A stretch of DNA of 64,000 nt from an uncultured archaeon (GCA_964619365.1 CAZUDQ010000001.1:121742-185741), one strand, 5' to 3'; positions 29,760 through 40,851 are shown, counted from the stretch's first letter. Notes: generated by a model not told the origin, from the letters alone. Program-made: numbers and translations.

Positions 29760-30311
29760 TTATGAGACGTCTGTGTCGTCTTCTGTTGGTTCTTTTAAAA
29801 CCACAGTTTCAATTGTGCACTTGCCTGGAAGCTTAGCGTTTGCCTTCCTTAAGGCTTCTCTTGCCACAGCTTCTTTTTCGCGCGGGATTTCAACTGAAAA
29901 CACCGCTTGACCTACGTTAACGCGCGCAGCTTTGCCAACAGGTTTTCCAAATGACTCACGCATACCGCTCTGAACACGGTCTGCCCCGGCTCCTGTTGCC
30001 ATTTTGTTCTCCCTCATTACGTGGTGAGGGTAAACGTGAAGCTTGAAATGGAAACTGTTCTTACCTAATGCTTTTTCCAGACAACGAACAGCTGTCTGAC
30101 GTGCTGCTTCAAGAGCGTTGTGGCGCATTTGAATCCGTTCTATACAAACAAGCTCTACGCGAATATCCCAGTCGCCGTTAAGCTCGCCCATGTCGAATTT
30201 TGTTATCTTGATACCAGGAATACCTGTGATAAACGAAGTTGATGGATTTTTTGAAACCCTTGTATATGGCTGACTGTCCCAATGGTAACAGTGAGCTCGT
30301 CTAAGACCCAT
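29760..30311 (-). CDS. rpl10e: 50S ribosomal protein L10e (uL16)
   Basis: PYTR, RHNALEAAR, YPHHVMRENKMATGAGADRVQSGMR..FGKP. Confidence 0.96.
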   Translation of the reverse strand: MGLRRAHCYHWDSQPYTRVSKNPSTSFITGIPGIKITKFDMGELNGDWDIRVELVCIERIQMRHNALEAARQTAVRCLEKALGKNSFHFKLHVYPHHVMRENKMATGAGADRVQSGMRESFGKPVGKAARVNVGQAVFSVEIPREKEAVAREALRKANAKLPGKCTIETVVLKEPTEDDTDVS

Positions 30312-30455
30312 TTTATAGATTTATTAATATTACAAGTAAAAATTGTGCCTTTTTAGAACTTGATAGTATAAAAAGGTTTGGGAATGTCTTTTCCCTAAGT
30401 AGTTTTTGTTTAGAAATATATAAAATTAAGAGGAGCTTTTTTTCAAGGGAAGAAT

Positions 30456-31526
30456 ATGATACCTATTGCAAAACCACTTATTGGCCAGGAGGAAAAATCA
30501 GCCGTAAATGATGTCCTAAATTCCGGCATGATTGCAGAAGGGCCAAGGGTAAAAGAATTTGAAGAGAATTTCGCGGAGTTCTGTGGGACAAAACACGCAG
30601 TTGCGGTTAATTCGGGGACTGCTGCACTTCATGTAGCGCTCATGGCAGCGGGAATAAAGCCAGGTGATGAAGTCATAACAACACCGTTTAGCTTCATTGC
30701 AACAGGGAATTCTATTCTTATGGCGGGCGCAAAACCCGTCTTTTGCGATATTGATTCAAAAACCTTCAACATCAGCCCAGAAAGCATTAAAGAGGCCATA
30801 AGCGACAAAACCAGGGCAATAATGCCTGTGCATCTTTTTGGGCAGTGTGCTGACATGAGTGCAATTAATGAAATCGCGCAAGACTCGGGTGTGCGAGTCA
30901 TCGAAGACGCCTGTCAAGCACACGCTGCGGAGTGGAAAGGAGTAAAAGCGGGCGCTCTTGGAGATGTTGCCGGCTTCTCATTTTACCCGACAAAGAATAT
31001 GACGACTTCAGAAGGTGGTATGGTTACGACAAACGATGATAAAATAGCCAAGATGTCAAGAATATACCGCAATCACGGAATGGCACGCAGGTATTACCAC
31101 GATTACATGGGCTTTAACTACCGGATGACAGATATCTGCGCTGCAATCGGTCTTGCTCAACTAAGAAAGCTTGACGGCTTTACAAAAAAGCGCCGCGATA
31201 ATGCAAATTATCTTGATAATAATCTAAACGGTGTTGTAACTCCATATGTCTCGCCTGATGCAAAGCATGTTTACCACCAGTACACAATAATGGTGGAGAA
31301 TCGCGATACTGTTATCGAAAAACTAAAGGAAGCCGAAATCGGTTGCGGGGTGTATTATCCTGTTCCGATAAACGAGCAGACTTATTACAAAGAACTTGGA
31401 TATTCTACACAAAGCACGCCAAACTCAAATGATGTCGCAAAAAAGGTTCTTTCACTTCCAGTTCATCCGTCTGTTACAGAAGACAATCTTAAGCTAATTG
31501 CAAATACGCTAAATAATATAGCATAA
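30456..31526 (+). CDS. DegT/DnrJ/EryC1/StrS sugar aminotransferase (WbpE-like)
   Basis: NSGTAALH, IEDACQAH, SFYPTKNMTT.EGG, GFNYRM. Confidence 0.92.
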   Translation: MIPIAKPLIGQEEKSAVNDVLNSGMIAEGPRVKEFEENFAEFCGTKHAVAVNSGTAALHVALMAAGIKPGDEVITTPFSFIATGNSILMAGAKPVFCDIDSKTFNISPESIKEAISDKTRAIMPVHLFGQCADMSAINEIAQDSGVRVIEDACQAHAAEWKGVKAGALGDVAGFSFYPTKNMTTSEGGMVTTNDDKIAKMSRIYRNHGMARRYYHDYMGFNYRMTDICAAIGLAQLRKLDGFTKKRRDNANYLDNNLNGVVTPYVSPDAKHVYHQYTIMVENRDTVIEKLKEAEIGCGVYYPVPINEQTYYKELGYSTQSTPNSNDVAKKVLSLPVHPSVTEDNLKLIANTLNNIA

Positions 31527-31527
31527 A

Positions 31528-32151
31528 ATGAGGATATTATTACTTTCGCCACACACTGATGATGTAGAACTTGGAGCTGGGGCAAGTGTCTCGCGTTTTG
31601 TCCGTGAGGGTCATGAGATAAAATGGATTGCATTCTCAAGTTGCGAGTCTTCACTACCTTCAGGTTTTGCTAAAGGTCAATTGAGGGGTGAGTTCGAAGA
31701 ATCTGCAAAGGTTTTGGGCATTAAAGATATTACTTGTATGGACTTTTCTAACAGGACGTTTTTGGGTGGGCGCCAAAAGATACTCGATAAATTAATCGAA
31801 GTAAAAAAGGACTTTTCTCCGGAACTTATACTCTGCCCTTCGCGTTCTGATTTACATCAGGATCACCAAGTTGTCTTTGAGGAAGCTTTTCGCGCATTTA
31901 AAAAAAGTTCGAGCATACTCGGGTATGAGGAGCCCTGGAATAATCTTGAATTCAAACCTTCTTTTTTCCAAAAGGTGACTGAAGAGGACATGAACAAAAA
32001 GTTGCTTGCATTATCAAAATACGAGACGCAAGGGACTCTCTCTCGCAATTACTTCGACGAAGATTTCATAAAGGGTCTTGGGCGCGTTCGTGGCGTACAG
32101 TGTAATTCACTATTTGCAGAGGCCTTTGAAGTATATAGATGGATTCAATAA
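31528..32151 (+). CDS. PIG-L family N-deacetylase
   Basis: SPHTDDVELG and DLHQDH zinc motifs; AEAFE C-terminus. Confidence 0.88.
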   Translation: MRILLLSPHTDDVELGAGASVSRFVREGHEIKWIAFSSCESSLPSGFAKGQLRGEFEESAKVLGIKDITCMDFSNRTFLGGRQKILDKLIEVKKDFSPELILCPSRSDLHQDHQVVFEEAFRAFKKSSSILGYEEPWNNLEFKPSFFQKVTEEDMNKKLLALSKYETQGTLSRNYFDEDFIKGLGRVRGVQCNSLFAEAFEVYRWIQ

Positions 32152-33203
32152 CAGTTCTTGTAACAGGGGCGGGAGCGCCGGGCATTGCCGGGACGATATA
32201 CTCACTTAAGAACAACCCTGACAACCGCAGTATCCGCATAGTAGGTGTTGATATGAAAGAAGACGTTGTTGGAAAATACCTCTGCGACGCTTTTTTTAAG
32301 ATTCCTGCACCTTCTGAACGAGGTTATCTGGACACAGTTATACGAATCTGTGACAATGAAGGTGTTGATGTCATTTTACCTCAGACTACAAACGAACTTT
32401 ATCCTCTTTCACAAGGAAAAGAGGCTCTGGAAAAAGCTGGAATAAAACTTGCTCTTTCAAACGCGGATGCAATCGAAAAAAGTAACGATAAATACGAGCT
32501 TTTTAAGCTCTGTGAAAAGCTTGGCGTGCCTGTGCCAAAATACGCTCTTGTAAGTGATTTTGAGTCTCTCATGTCTTTTGCAGGCAAGCTAGGCTTTCCA
32601 AATAAGCCTTTTGTCATAAAACCGCCTGTTGCAAGCGGTATGCGGGGCCTTAGGATTGTGGACGATGAAAAATCGCTTAAAGAAATGTTTTATGATGAAA
32701 AGCCAAATGGCGCGTATTGCAGAAGCGAACAACTGCGAACAACACTTGGCGAAAAGTTCCCGCCGCTTCTTGTTATGGAATACCTTCCTGGTGATGAGTA
32801 CTCTGTTGACTGCTTTAGGGGAGAAAGCAAGAATGTTGCTATTCCACGAAAACGGGATCTCATAAGAACGGGAATCACATTTAACGGAACGCTTGAAGAA
32901 AGAAAAGATATCATTGAGTGGTCCACTAAACTCGCTGAAGAAATTGGTCTTGAGTACTGCTTTGGGTTTCAGTATAAGCTTGACGAAAAGGGAGTGCCAA
33001 AGATGCTTGAAAGCAATCCACGAGTCCAGGGGACTATGGTTGCCGCAACAATTGGTGGGGCAAATGTCATATACGCTTCAATACTTCTTGGGCTGGGTGA
33101 AAGAGCACCGGAGTTTAACATAAAGTGGGGTGCGAGGATAATGAGATATTGGGGAGGTATTGGCAGCCTTGATGACAAACGAATAGCCGACATTCTAGTA
33201 TGA
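32139..33203 (+). CDS. ATP-grasp domain ligase
   Basis: DK..L, VIKP....GMRG, MEYLPG.EYSVD, LESNPR. Confidence 0.85.
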   Translation: MDSITVLVTGAGAPGIAGTIYSLKNNPDNRSIRIVGVDMKEDVVGKYLCDAFFKIPAPSERGYLDTVIRICDNEGVDVILPQTTNELYPLSQGKEALEKAGIKLALSNADAIEKSNDKYELFKLCEKLGVPVPKYALVSDFESLMSFAGKLGFPNKPFVIKPPVASGMRGLRIVDDEKSLKEMFYDEKPNGAYCRSEQLRTTLGEKFPPLLVMEYLPGDEYSVDCFRGESKNVAIPRKRDLIRTGITFNGTLEERKDIIEWSTKLAEEIGLEYCFGFQYKLDEKGVPKMLESNPRVQGTMVAATIGGANVIYASILLGLGERAPEFNIKWGARIMRYWGGIGSLDDKRIADILV

Positions 33204-33811
33204 AATCTTGGGAAAAATATCAGGGCCTTCTAATGACGGGAAACTGGCACGTCCACAGCAATTATACTGATGGGCAGGATTCTGTGCTTCGTATGTGCGA
33301 TGCTGCAGTTGGCGCCAGGCTCCCACTTCTTGCGTTTACAGAACACGTAAGAAAAGAACTCTCTTATGATTTTGACGCTTTTTTGTCTGATCTAAAATCA
33401 GTAAGAGCCGCGTTCCCGGAAATTGTTATTTTAAGTGGGTGTGAAGCAAAAATTCTTCCTGGGGGGGACATAGATGCTCCACCGGAACTGATAAAAACTG
33501 TTGATTATCCCATAGTTTCTTTCCATTCTTTTGAGGGTGGTCGGGACGAGTATCTTGAAGCCCTAAAAAAGGCAGTAAACGTTCCTGAGGTATGTGCATG
33601 GGGGCATCCTGGGGCTCTAGCAGAAAAAAGAGCTTTTGAGTTTTCTGATGAAGAATTAAATGAAGTTTTTGGTATTATGGCAAAAAACAAGGTTCTTTTA
33701 GAATCAAACGAAAAATATGGGGTGCCAAAAAAGGACTGGGAAGACCTTGCTGTAAATGCGGGAGTCAGCTTGGTTCGGGGCCGCGATTCCCATTCTACAG
33801 GAGACATTTAG
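33200..33811 (+). CDS. PHP-domain phosphoesterase
   Basis: [25 protein letters not shown] metal ligands. Confidence 0.85.
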   Translation: MKSWEKYQGLLMTGNWHVHSNYTDGQDSVLRMCDAAVGARLPLLAFTEHVRKELSYDFDAFLSDLKSVRAAFPEIVILSGCEAKILPGGDIDAPPELIKTVDYPIVSFHSFEGGRDEYLEALKKAVNVPEVCAWGHPGALAEKRAFEFSDEELNEVFGIMAKNKVLLESNEKYGVPKKDWEDLAVNAGVSLVRGRDSHSTGDI

Positions 33812-33816
33812 AAAAG

Positions 33817-34314
33817 ATGGTAAAAATCCATGAGAGTGCAGAAGTCTCAGAAAAGGCGAAAATCGGTGAAGGAACAAGTATATGGCATCAAGCTCAAGTT
33901 CGTGAGAATGCAGTAATCGGAAAGGACTGTAATATTGGAAAGGGCGTCTATATAGACTCTGGTGTAAAAATCGGGGACGCCTGCAAAATCCAGAATTATG
34001 TTTCAGTCTATCACGGTGTTGAGATAGAAGATGACGTATTTGTCGGACCGTCGGCAACATTCACAAACGACTTTAGGCCTCGCGCATTCATCTGGAATGA
34101 AGAAAAGGTTGGGAAGACACTTGTCAAAAAAGGCGCATCAATCGGAGCGAATTCCACAATAGTCTGTGGTGTTGAGATTGGAGAATATGCTATGGTCGGT
34201 GCGGGAAGCGTTGTTACAAAAGACGTTCCACCTTTTGGGCTTGTCTATGGAAACCCTGCAAAGCTGTGCGGGAAGGTAAATAAAGAAGGTGAAGTAATTG
34301 AAAGATATGATTAA
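33817..34314 (+). CDS. Hexapeptide-repeat N-acetyltransferase (WbpD/WlbB-like)
   Basis: Hexapeptide repeats, KIQN, FVGP..TFTND..PRA, GASIGAN, GNPA. Confidence 0.9.
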   Translation: MVKIHESAEVSEKAKIGEGTSIWHQAQVRENAVIGKDCNIGKGVYIDSGVKIGDACKIQNYVSVYHGVEIEDDVFVGPSATFTNDFRPRAFIWNEEKVGKTLVKKGASIGANSTIVCGVEIGEYAMVGAGSVVTKDVPPFGLVYGNPAKLCGKVNKEGEVIERYD

Positions 34315-35245
34315 AGCGGCAGTTATCGGTGTCGGTAACATGGGTAAGCATCACGCCCGAGTTTATTCAGAATTAAAGGACTGCGCGCTTGTAGCAGTTG
34401 TTGATAAGAACGAAAAAGCGGCAAAGGAAGTCGCAACACAATTTGACTGTGATTATTATACTGATGTATCAGACATTATTGGAAAGGTAGACTGCGCGAG
34501 TGTTGTAGTACCAACCTTCCTGCACAGGGATGTCGCAATCACTCTTCTTGAAAACGGGATTGATGTGCTTCTTGAAAAGCCTATTGCAATGTCAACAGGG
34601 GAAGCTGATGAAATAATACGTTGCGCCGAGGAAAACGGGAGAATACTACAAATTGGACATATAGAGCGCTTCAACCCGGCAATAATTGCAGCAAGAGACG
34701 AAATTAACGATAACCCGATAGCTCTTGAAGCAAATCGTATTGGACCTTCTGGAGGTCGCATATCTGATTGTGGCGTTATCTTAGACCTTATGATCCATGA
34801 CGTGGATTTGATTTTAAGTCTTGTCGATTCGGCGGTCAAAGATGTTTATGCGAGCTCAAAAACAATGTCGGGAAAGCATGAAGATTACGCAAAGGCTCTC
34901 CTCACTTTTGAAAACGGGACTATTGCAAGTGTTTGTGCCAGCAGGATAAGCCAAAAGAGGGAAAGAACGCTTAACATCACACTTCCGGATAAGTATTTAT
35001 GTGTTGACTGCATGTCAAAATCACTTTCCATACACAAACAAGGCAAATACGAAAAGGAAGATGGCGTCACCAGTTTCAGTGACATTGTAGAACGTCCACT
35101 TATCAGGCAAAGTGAACCCTTAAAGCTTGAACTTGAAAGTTTCTTGTCATGTGTCAGAGAAAGGACCGTGCCTGTTGTGACGGGTGCCCAGGGAAAACTA
35201 GCACTTGAGATTGTAGAAGGGATTTTAGAGGCGGCAAATGGGTGA
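34298..35245 (+). CDS. Gfo/Idh/MocA oxidoreductase (WbpB-like sugar 3-dehydrogenase)
   Basis: [24 protein letters not shown]. Confidence 0.88.
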   Translation: MKDMIKAAVIGVGNMGKHHARVYSELKDCALVAVVDKNEKAAKEVATQFDCDYYTDVSDIIGKVDCASVVVPTFLHRDVAITLLENGIDVLLEKPIAMSTGEADEIIRCAEENGRILQIGHIERFNPAIIAARDEINDNPIALEANRIGPSGGRISDCGVILDLMIHDVDLILSLVDSAVKDVYASSKTMSGKHEDYAKALLTFENGTIASVCASRISQKRERTLNITLPDKYLCVDCMSKSLSIHKQGKYEKEDGVTSFSDIVERPLIRQSEPLKLELESFLSCVRERTVPVVTGAQGKLALEIVEGILEAANG

Positions 35246-36500
35246 AGTTATAGCAGTCTACGGCCAGGGGAAGATGGGACTACCTCTAGCACAAGTCTTA
35301 GCAAAATATTTTAAGGTTTATGGTGTTGACATCAATAAATCCCTGATTGATGCACTTTCCCGCGGGGAAGACGTTCTCCCAGAAGAGCCTGGGGTTGGCG
35401 AACTCATAAAGAAGAACTCTGAATCTGGAAGTTATGTTGCAACAACAGATTTTAGTCTGGCATCAAAAAACGCAACTATCCACATTATCCTTGTTCCAAC
35501 CCTTATCAAAGAAAATAAGGTTGATTTATCGATTGCAAAAAGCGTTGCGCGTGAGATATCAAAGAGATTAAAAAAAGGAGATATTGTTATTACAGAATGT
35601 ACTATGCCTCCGGGCTCAACAAAATTACTACTACCTATTCTTGAGGAGTCTGGACTTAAGCTTGGCGATTTTTCAATCGCGCATGCCCCTGAAAGAACGT
35701 ACTCTGGCCATGCTATTCGTGATATTGAAGGCGAGTATCCAAAGATACTTGGAACAAGCGACGCGCGTTCCTTAGACAGGCTAAAAAAGGTCTATGAAAC
35801 GATAAATTCAAAGGGCGTCATTACTATGCCAGGCGTCAAAGAGGCTGAGCTTGTAAAAGTCTTTGAAGGCTGCTACCGTGACCTTAATATCGCTCTTGCA
35901 AACGAGCTTTCCTATGTCTGTGAAAGAGAAGGAGTCGATGCCGCAAGCGTCTTTTCGGCAGCAAATACTCAAAAGTATTGCAAAATACATAATCCAGGTT
36001 ATGTTGGAGGGCACTGCATCCCATATTACCCATGGTTTGTGATTGATGAGAAAACAAAACTCATGAAAACTGGGAGGGGAATAAACGAAGCAGTAATAGA
36101 ACGCCTGATATCTAAATGCGATGGGGGACTAAAAGATGTTGGGATAATTCCAAAGGATGCAAAAATAGTCGTTTTGGGACTTACTTTTAGGGGTGGCGTG
36201 CGCGAGTTTGAGCATAGCGCTGCGTTTCCGTTTGTCAAAAGGGCAAAAGAAGAGTTTGAGGAGGTACTTGCTTATGACCCACTATGTTCTAAGGAGGATT
36301 ATGCCCGTTTTGGAGTAGAGAAAATAGAGCTGCCATGCGAGGCTGATTGTGCAATAGTACTTGCAGACCATGATGAGTTCTTGGGGACTGGGGTTTTGAA
36401 ATCATGCCCAACAATCAAGGTTCTAATTGACGGCAGGGGTATCTGTGACCTTAATGAGCTGCGCAAGAGAGGAATTATCTGCGGAGGTCTTGGTAAATGA
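35238..36500 (+). CDS. UDP-sugar (UDP-GlcNAc-type) 6-dehydrogenase
   Basis: G.GKMGLP, PER...G, K.FE..YRD.NIALANE, GGHCIP catalytic Cys. Confidence 0.9.
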   Translation: MGEVIAVYGQGKMGLPLAQVLAKYFKVYGVDINKSLIDALSRGEDVLPEEPGVGELIKKNSESGSYVATTDFSLASKNATIHIILVPTLIKENKVDLSIAKSVAREISKRLKKGDIVITECTMPPGSTKLLLPILEESGLKLGDFSIAHAPERTYSGHAIRDIEGEYPKILGTSDARSLDRLKKVYETINSKGVITMPGVKEAELVKVFEGCYRDLNIALANELSYVCEREGVDAASVFSAANTQKYCKIHNPGYVGGHCIPYYPWFVIDEKTKLMKTGRGINEAVIERLISKCDGGLKDVGIIPKDAKIVVLGLTFRGGVREFEHSAAFPFVKRAKEEFEEVLAYDPLCSKEDYARFGVEKIELPCEADCAIVLADHDEFLGTGVLKSCPTIKVLIDGRGICDLNELRKRGIICGGLGK

Positions 36501-37765
36501 ATATCTTAATCATGTGTCGCTGGTATTACCCACATTGCGGTGGGGCGACAGTGCGTGTTCATAACTTCGCAAAATACTTGACAAAGGCCGGACATAATGT
36601 CCACATTCTGACACACAATCCAAAAAGTATCGAACAGTGCAACAAAGATGATGTGGCGCCCTTATTTGAAGAAAGTGCAGAAGGGTTTAAGATAACTCGC
36701 CTGCCTTACCGTAGTTTTTTGGGGTTGAAAGGCAACTGGGGAACATCAATCCCTGAAATGGCAGTTCTTGCAACAAAGATAATTGAGAAGGAAAATATCG
36801 ATATAATCATGTCGCATAACCCACCTTATCTTGTCGGAGCTTCAAGCTACAAAGCCTCATTTGCAACAGGCGTTCCGTTTGTGACTATTGTCCATGACAT
36901 TTGGGGGGCATCACACTACGGCGCTTTAGAAAACGCAGTCGGAAAGACTCTTGAAGCATTCGTACTTAAGAAATCAAAGAAAATCATTGTTCCTGTCGAA
37001 GGAATAGGAAAAGAGCTTTCAGAAACTTATGGCATCCCAAAAGAAAGGTTTGCAACAGCAAAAACAGGCGTTGATTCAAATGAATTTAGGCCTATTGCAA
37101 TCGGTCTTAAGGAGAAAGCCATTTTAAGGGAAAAGCTTCTTGAAAATGGAGCGCCTAAGGAAAAGATTAATGACTGCCTTTCTGCAAAATCAAGACCTAT
37201 TCTTTTCTTGGGAAACCTTGCACCATGGAAAGGTGGGATGTTTTTCTTGCGTGCTGCAAAAGAGATTCTGAAGGAAGAACCTAGTGCGTTTTTTGTTCTT
37301 GTTGGCCACGGCGCGCAGTTTGAGGAGCTTATAAGTGAAACAAAGAAACTGGGTATATCGGACCGCGTTCTTTTTGCAGGCGTCCTTAGGCACGAAGACT
37401 TGCCACTCATAATAAACCTTGCAAAAGTCTGTGTTTCAACATTCCCAAAGCCAAGCTCTGTGGGGAGGAAAGCTAACATGCAGGCAAGGCCTGTTTCAAC
37501 ATTAGAGTTTCTATCCTGCGGAAGGCCTGTTGTCGTAAGTGACGTTCCGGGAATCCGCGACATAATAATAAAGGATGGAGAAAGTGGTATTTTATTCGAG
37601 CCAGAGAACATCGGCGAACTGACAAAAGGAGTTCTTTTGTTACTGAAAAAGAAGGGTAAAGCAGAATCCCTTGGACGGGAAGCAAGAAAGAATATTAAGG
37701 ACGAAACTTGGGAAGTGACTGCAAAAGTCGTTGAAATGGTATTAAACGAAGTTCTAAAAGATTAA
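36497..37765 (+). CDS. Glycosyltransferase family 4
   Basis: YYP..GG, GH.VHILT, TGVD...F, G.L...KG, LEFLSCGRPVV.SD. Confidence 0.9.
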   Translation: MNILIMCRWYYPHCGGATVRVHNFAKYLTKAGHNVHILTHNPKSIEQCNKDDVAPLFEESAEGFKITRLPYRSFLGLKGNWGTSIPEMAVLATKIIEKENIDIIMSHNPPYLVGASSYKASFATGVPFVTIVHDIWGASHYGALENAVGKTLEAFVLKKSKKIIVPVEGIGKELSETYGIPKERFATAKTGVDSNEFRPIAIGLKEKAILREKLLENGAPKEKINDCLSAKSRPILFLGNLAPWKGGMFFLRAAKEILKEEPSAFFVLVGHGAQFEELISETKKLGISDRVLFAGVLRHEDLPLIINLAKVCVSTFPKPSSVGRKANMQARPVSTLEFLSCGRPVVVSDVPGIRDIIIKDGESGILFEPENIGELTKGVLLLLKKKGKAESLGREARKNIKDETWEVTAKVVEMVLNEVLKD

Positions 37766-37771
37766 CTGATT

Positions 37772-38920
37772 ATGGATGTATTAATGCTTCTTGCCAATGG
37801 TTTTCCACCAGACATCAGAGTTTATAAGGAAGCAAAGACTCTAACTGAAAACGGAAAAGATGTGGAGATTTTTTGCTGGGATCGGCTTGGGGAATTTAAA
37901 GCTGATGATAAGCTAGATGACATTAAAGTTACGCGCGTAGGACCCAAATCAAGTTATGGCAACACTAATGAAAACATGCTTATGATGCCTTTTTTTTGGA
38001 AAAAGTGTTTCTTTAAATGTTTAAATAGTGGTGCAAAAGTCATACATTGTCATGATTTTGATACACTTATCCCTGGATTTTTAGCGGCAAAACTTTCGGG
38101 TAAGAAAATAGTATATGATTCGCATGAGAATTATACTGCAAGCATAAAAAATAAAGTACCATCCCCCATATGTAAGATAATATCCATAACCGAAAAATTT
38201 ATGTCAAAAAGATGTGATTATGTCATAACAATTAATCAACTTATTGGAGATATATTTGAGTCTAATGGCGCAAAAGTTTTAATCATTATGAACGCACAGG
38301 ATTCACGTCAGTATGATATAGAATATCTTCAACTAGAAAAAATACGAGAAAAGTTTGCAGGTAAAGATAAGTTTGTCATATGTTATATCGGTGGATTGCG
38401 CAAAGAACGATGTTTAGGTGAGTTATTGGAATCAATAGATTATCTAAGTAAAACAGAAAAAAATAAGGTAAAAATACTCATTATAGGTAGAGGTCCAGAC
38501 AAGGAAGAATTAGAAAAGACTATAAATACAAAATATAACAAAAATGCGTGCATCAAAGACTTTATAGATCCTTTTTTAGTTCCAGCATATACTCTTGCAA
38601 GTGATGGAGTTTATTGTGTCGGAAATCCTAAACTTTATAAAAATGTAGAATATGCCGCATCAAATAAGCTTTTTGAGTCAATATGTGCCCATAAACCAAT
38701 AATCGTAAATGATGTTGGCATAATGGGGGATGTAATCTCAGAAAATAGAATTGGGGCTATAGTTAAGAATACTCCACAAAGCATAGCAGGGGGTATACGC
38801 AAAATAATGCAAATGTCCAAATCAAAAGAATTTTACCAGAAGTCAAAGAAAGCGGAGATAAAATATAATTGGGAATCTGAGAGTAAAAAACTTCTTAATA
38901 TGTATTCAAAAATAATTTGA
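37772..38920 (+). CDS. Glycosyltransferase family 4
   Basis: D.RV.KEA.TL, HCHD, YDSHE, NKLFE...KPII. Confidence 0.88.
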   Translation: MDVLMLLANGFPPDIRVYKEAKTLTENGKDVEIFCWDRLGEFKADDKLDDIKVTRVGPKSSYGNTNENMLMMPFFWKKCFFKCLNSGAKVIHCHDFDTLIPGFLAAKLSGKKIVYDSHENYTASIKNKVPSPICKIISITEKFMSKRCDYVITINQLIGDIFESNGAKVLIIMNAQDSRQYDIEYLQLEKIREKFAGKDKFVICYIGGLRKERCLGELLESIDYLSKTEKNKVKILIIGRGPDKEELEKTINTKYNKNACIKDFIDPFLVPAYTLASDGVYCVGNPKLYKNVEYAASNKLFESICAHKPIIVNDVGIMGDVISENRIGAIVKNTPQSIAGGIRKIMQMSKSKEFYQKSKKAEIKYNWESESKKLLNMYSKII

Positions 38921-39122
38921 ACTAACCCATAAAAAACTAAAATGATACACAAGAAAAAGGAATTAAAAGAATGGTGTGAGGAATCCGCAATAGAATTTGG
39001 TAATATCAATGTGGAATTAGGAAAAGTTATTGTTGAATATGATAGATTGCTTAACCAAGGTAATAAAATTTGAATGGTCCTTATAAAACGTGTTTTAGTA
39101 AAAAACAATCCAAATAATAGCG

Positions 39123-39887
39123 ATGAAAACTGTCATTCTTGCTGGTGGTTTGGGAACCAGGTTAAGTGAGGAAACCGAGGTGCGCCCAAAACCTATGGTC
39201 GAAATCGGTGGAAAGCCGATACTTTGGCATATAATGAAAACATATTCACATTGTGGTTTTAATGATTTTGTTATATGTCTTGGATATAAGGGATATATGA
39301 TAAAGGAATGGTTCTCTCATTATTCCCTTCACAATTCTGATCTCTCAATAGACCTTAAGAAAAACAATATAGAAATCCTTAACAATAAGACTGAGGACTG
39401 GAAAGTTACTCTTGTTGATACTGGAAAAGACACTATGACTGGGGGGCGTTTAAAACGCGTAAAAGAGTATCTTGATGATGAGACCTTCATGATGACTTAT
39501 GGTGATGGGGTTGGAGATATTGATATAAAATCACTTGTCAATTTCCATAAATCCCATAGAAAACTCGCAACAGTTACTGCGTGCAACCCAGAAGGCCGCT
39601 TTGGGGTAATAAAACTAGGTGGTGAGAAAGCAACGAGCTTCGGTGAAAAAAAGGATACTGATGAATGGATTAATGCTGGTTTTTTTGTTCTTGAACCAAA
39701 TGTATTGGATTACATATCAGGGGACGCTATGCCTTGGGAAAAAGACCCACTTGAGAATCTCTCAAAAGATGGAGAACTAATGGTTAATCGCCACACGGGC
39801 TTTTGGAAACCGATGGATAAATATAGTGATAAATTAGAGCTTGAAAGGATTTGGGGGACTGGAAAGGCTCCTTGGAAAACATGGTAA
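39123..39887 (+). CDS. rfbF: Glucose-1-phosphate cytidylyltransferase
   Basis: LAGGLGTRLSEET..RPKPMVEIGG.PILWHIMK, DTG..TMTGGRLKR, MTYGDG, GFW.PMD. Confidence 0.94.
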   Translation: MKTVILAGGLGTRLSEETEVRPKPMVEIGGKPILWHIMKTYSHCGFNDFVICLGYKGYMIKEWFSHYSLHNSDLSIDLKKNNIEILNNKTEDWKVTLVDTGKDTMTGGRLKRVKEYLDDETFMMTYGDGVGDIDIKSLVNFHKSHRKLATVTACNPEGRFGVIKLGGEKATSFGEKKDTDEWINAGFFVLEPNVLDYISGDAMPWEKDPLENLSKDGELMVNRHTGFWKPMDKYSDKLELERIWGTGKAPWKTW

Positions 39888-39888
39888 A

Positions 39889-40841
39889 ATGGATTGGAAA
39901 GAAAAAAACGTGCTTGTGACGGGAGGTAATGGTCTTGTGGGCTCTCATTTAGTAAAAAATTTATGTGAAAAGGGGGCAAATGTCATATGTTTAAGCCGTT
40001 CACATAATCCAAATAGTTATTTTGCAAGCGAGAAGCTAGAAACCCTCTGTGCTGAAGAATATGGCGACTTAAAGGACTTTGCTCGTATTCTTGATGTGGT
40101 ATGTAAAAATGAGGTTGATTATATATTCCATCTCGGTGCTCAGGCAATTGTTAAAACGGGTATAAAAAATCCACTTGAAACTTTTGATAGTAATATCATG
40201 GGCACAGCAAATATATTAGAAGCTGCAAGGTTATACGGAGAAGTGGAAGGCATTGTTGTTGCATCTTCAGACAAAGCTTATGGGAGTTCTGAAAAATTGC
40301 CATATACTGAAGATATGCCACTGCATGGCGATTATCCATATGATGTTTCTAAATCCTGCACAGATCTTATCTCACAAAGTTATTCCAAAAGTTATGGTCT
40401 TCCCGTTTGTGTGGCAAGGTTTGGAAATATTTATGGGGAAGGGGATCTTAATTTCAATCGTATAATACCCGGATGCATACGTGCAGGTATTCTTAACGAA
40501 TGTCTGAACATCAGGAGTAATGGAAAGCTTATACGTGAATATGTTTATGTAGGAGATGTAGTGTCAGGTTATTTATCATTATCGGAAAACATGAAAAAGA
40601 CCTGTGGGGAAGCATTTAATCTTTCAAGTGGTGAGGAACTAACTGTACTTGATGTCGTAAAACAAGTTTCCAGCGTACTTGGTAAAAATGTAAAATACTT
40701 GATAATTCACCCTGTGAAATAAGAAAACAGACACTTTCGTCAAAAAAGGTAAAAGAAAAATTGGGTTGGGAACCAAAATTTAGTTTCGCAGACGGTATGA
40801 AAAGGACTGTTAGTTGGTATACAGACTTCTTCTTCAAATAA
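39889..40841 (+). pseudogene. NDP-sugar 4,6-dehydratase (RfbG-like extended SDR) interrupted by a -1 frameshift near 40690
   Basis: VTGGNG.VGS, SSDKAY, Y..SK. The reading frame stops at 40722, while the missing C-terminus KILDNSPCEIRKQTLSSKKVKEKLGWEPKFSFADGMKRTVSWY continues in the -1 frame (40692-40841). Confidence 0.8.
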
Positions 40842-40851
40842 ACTATTAACA

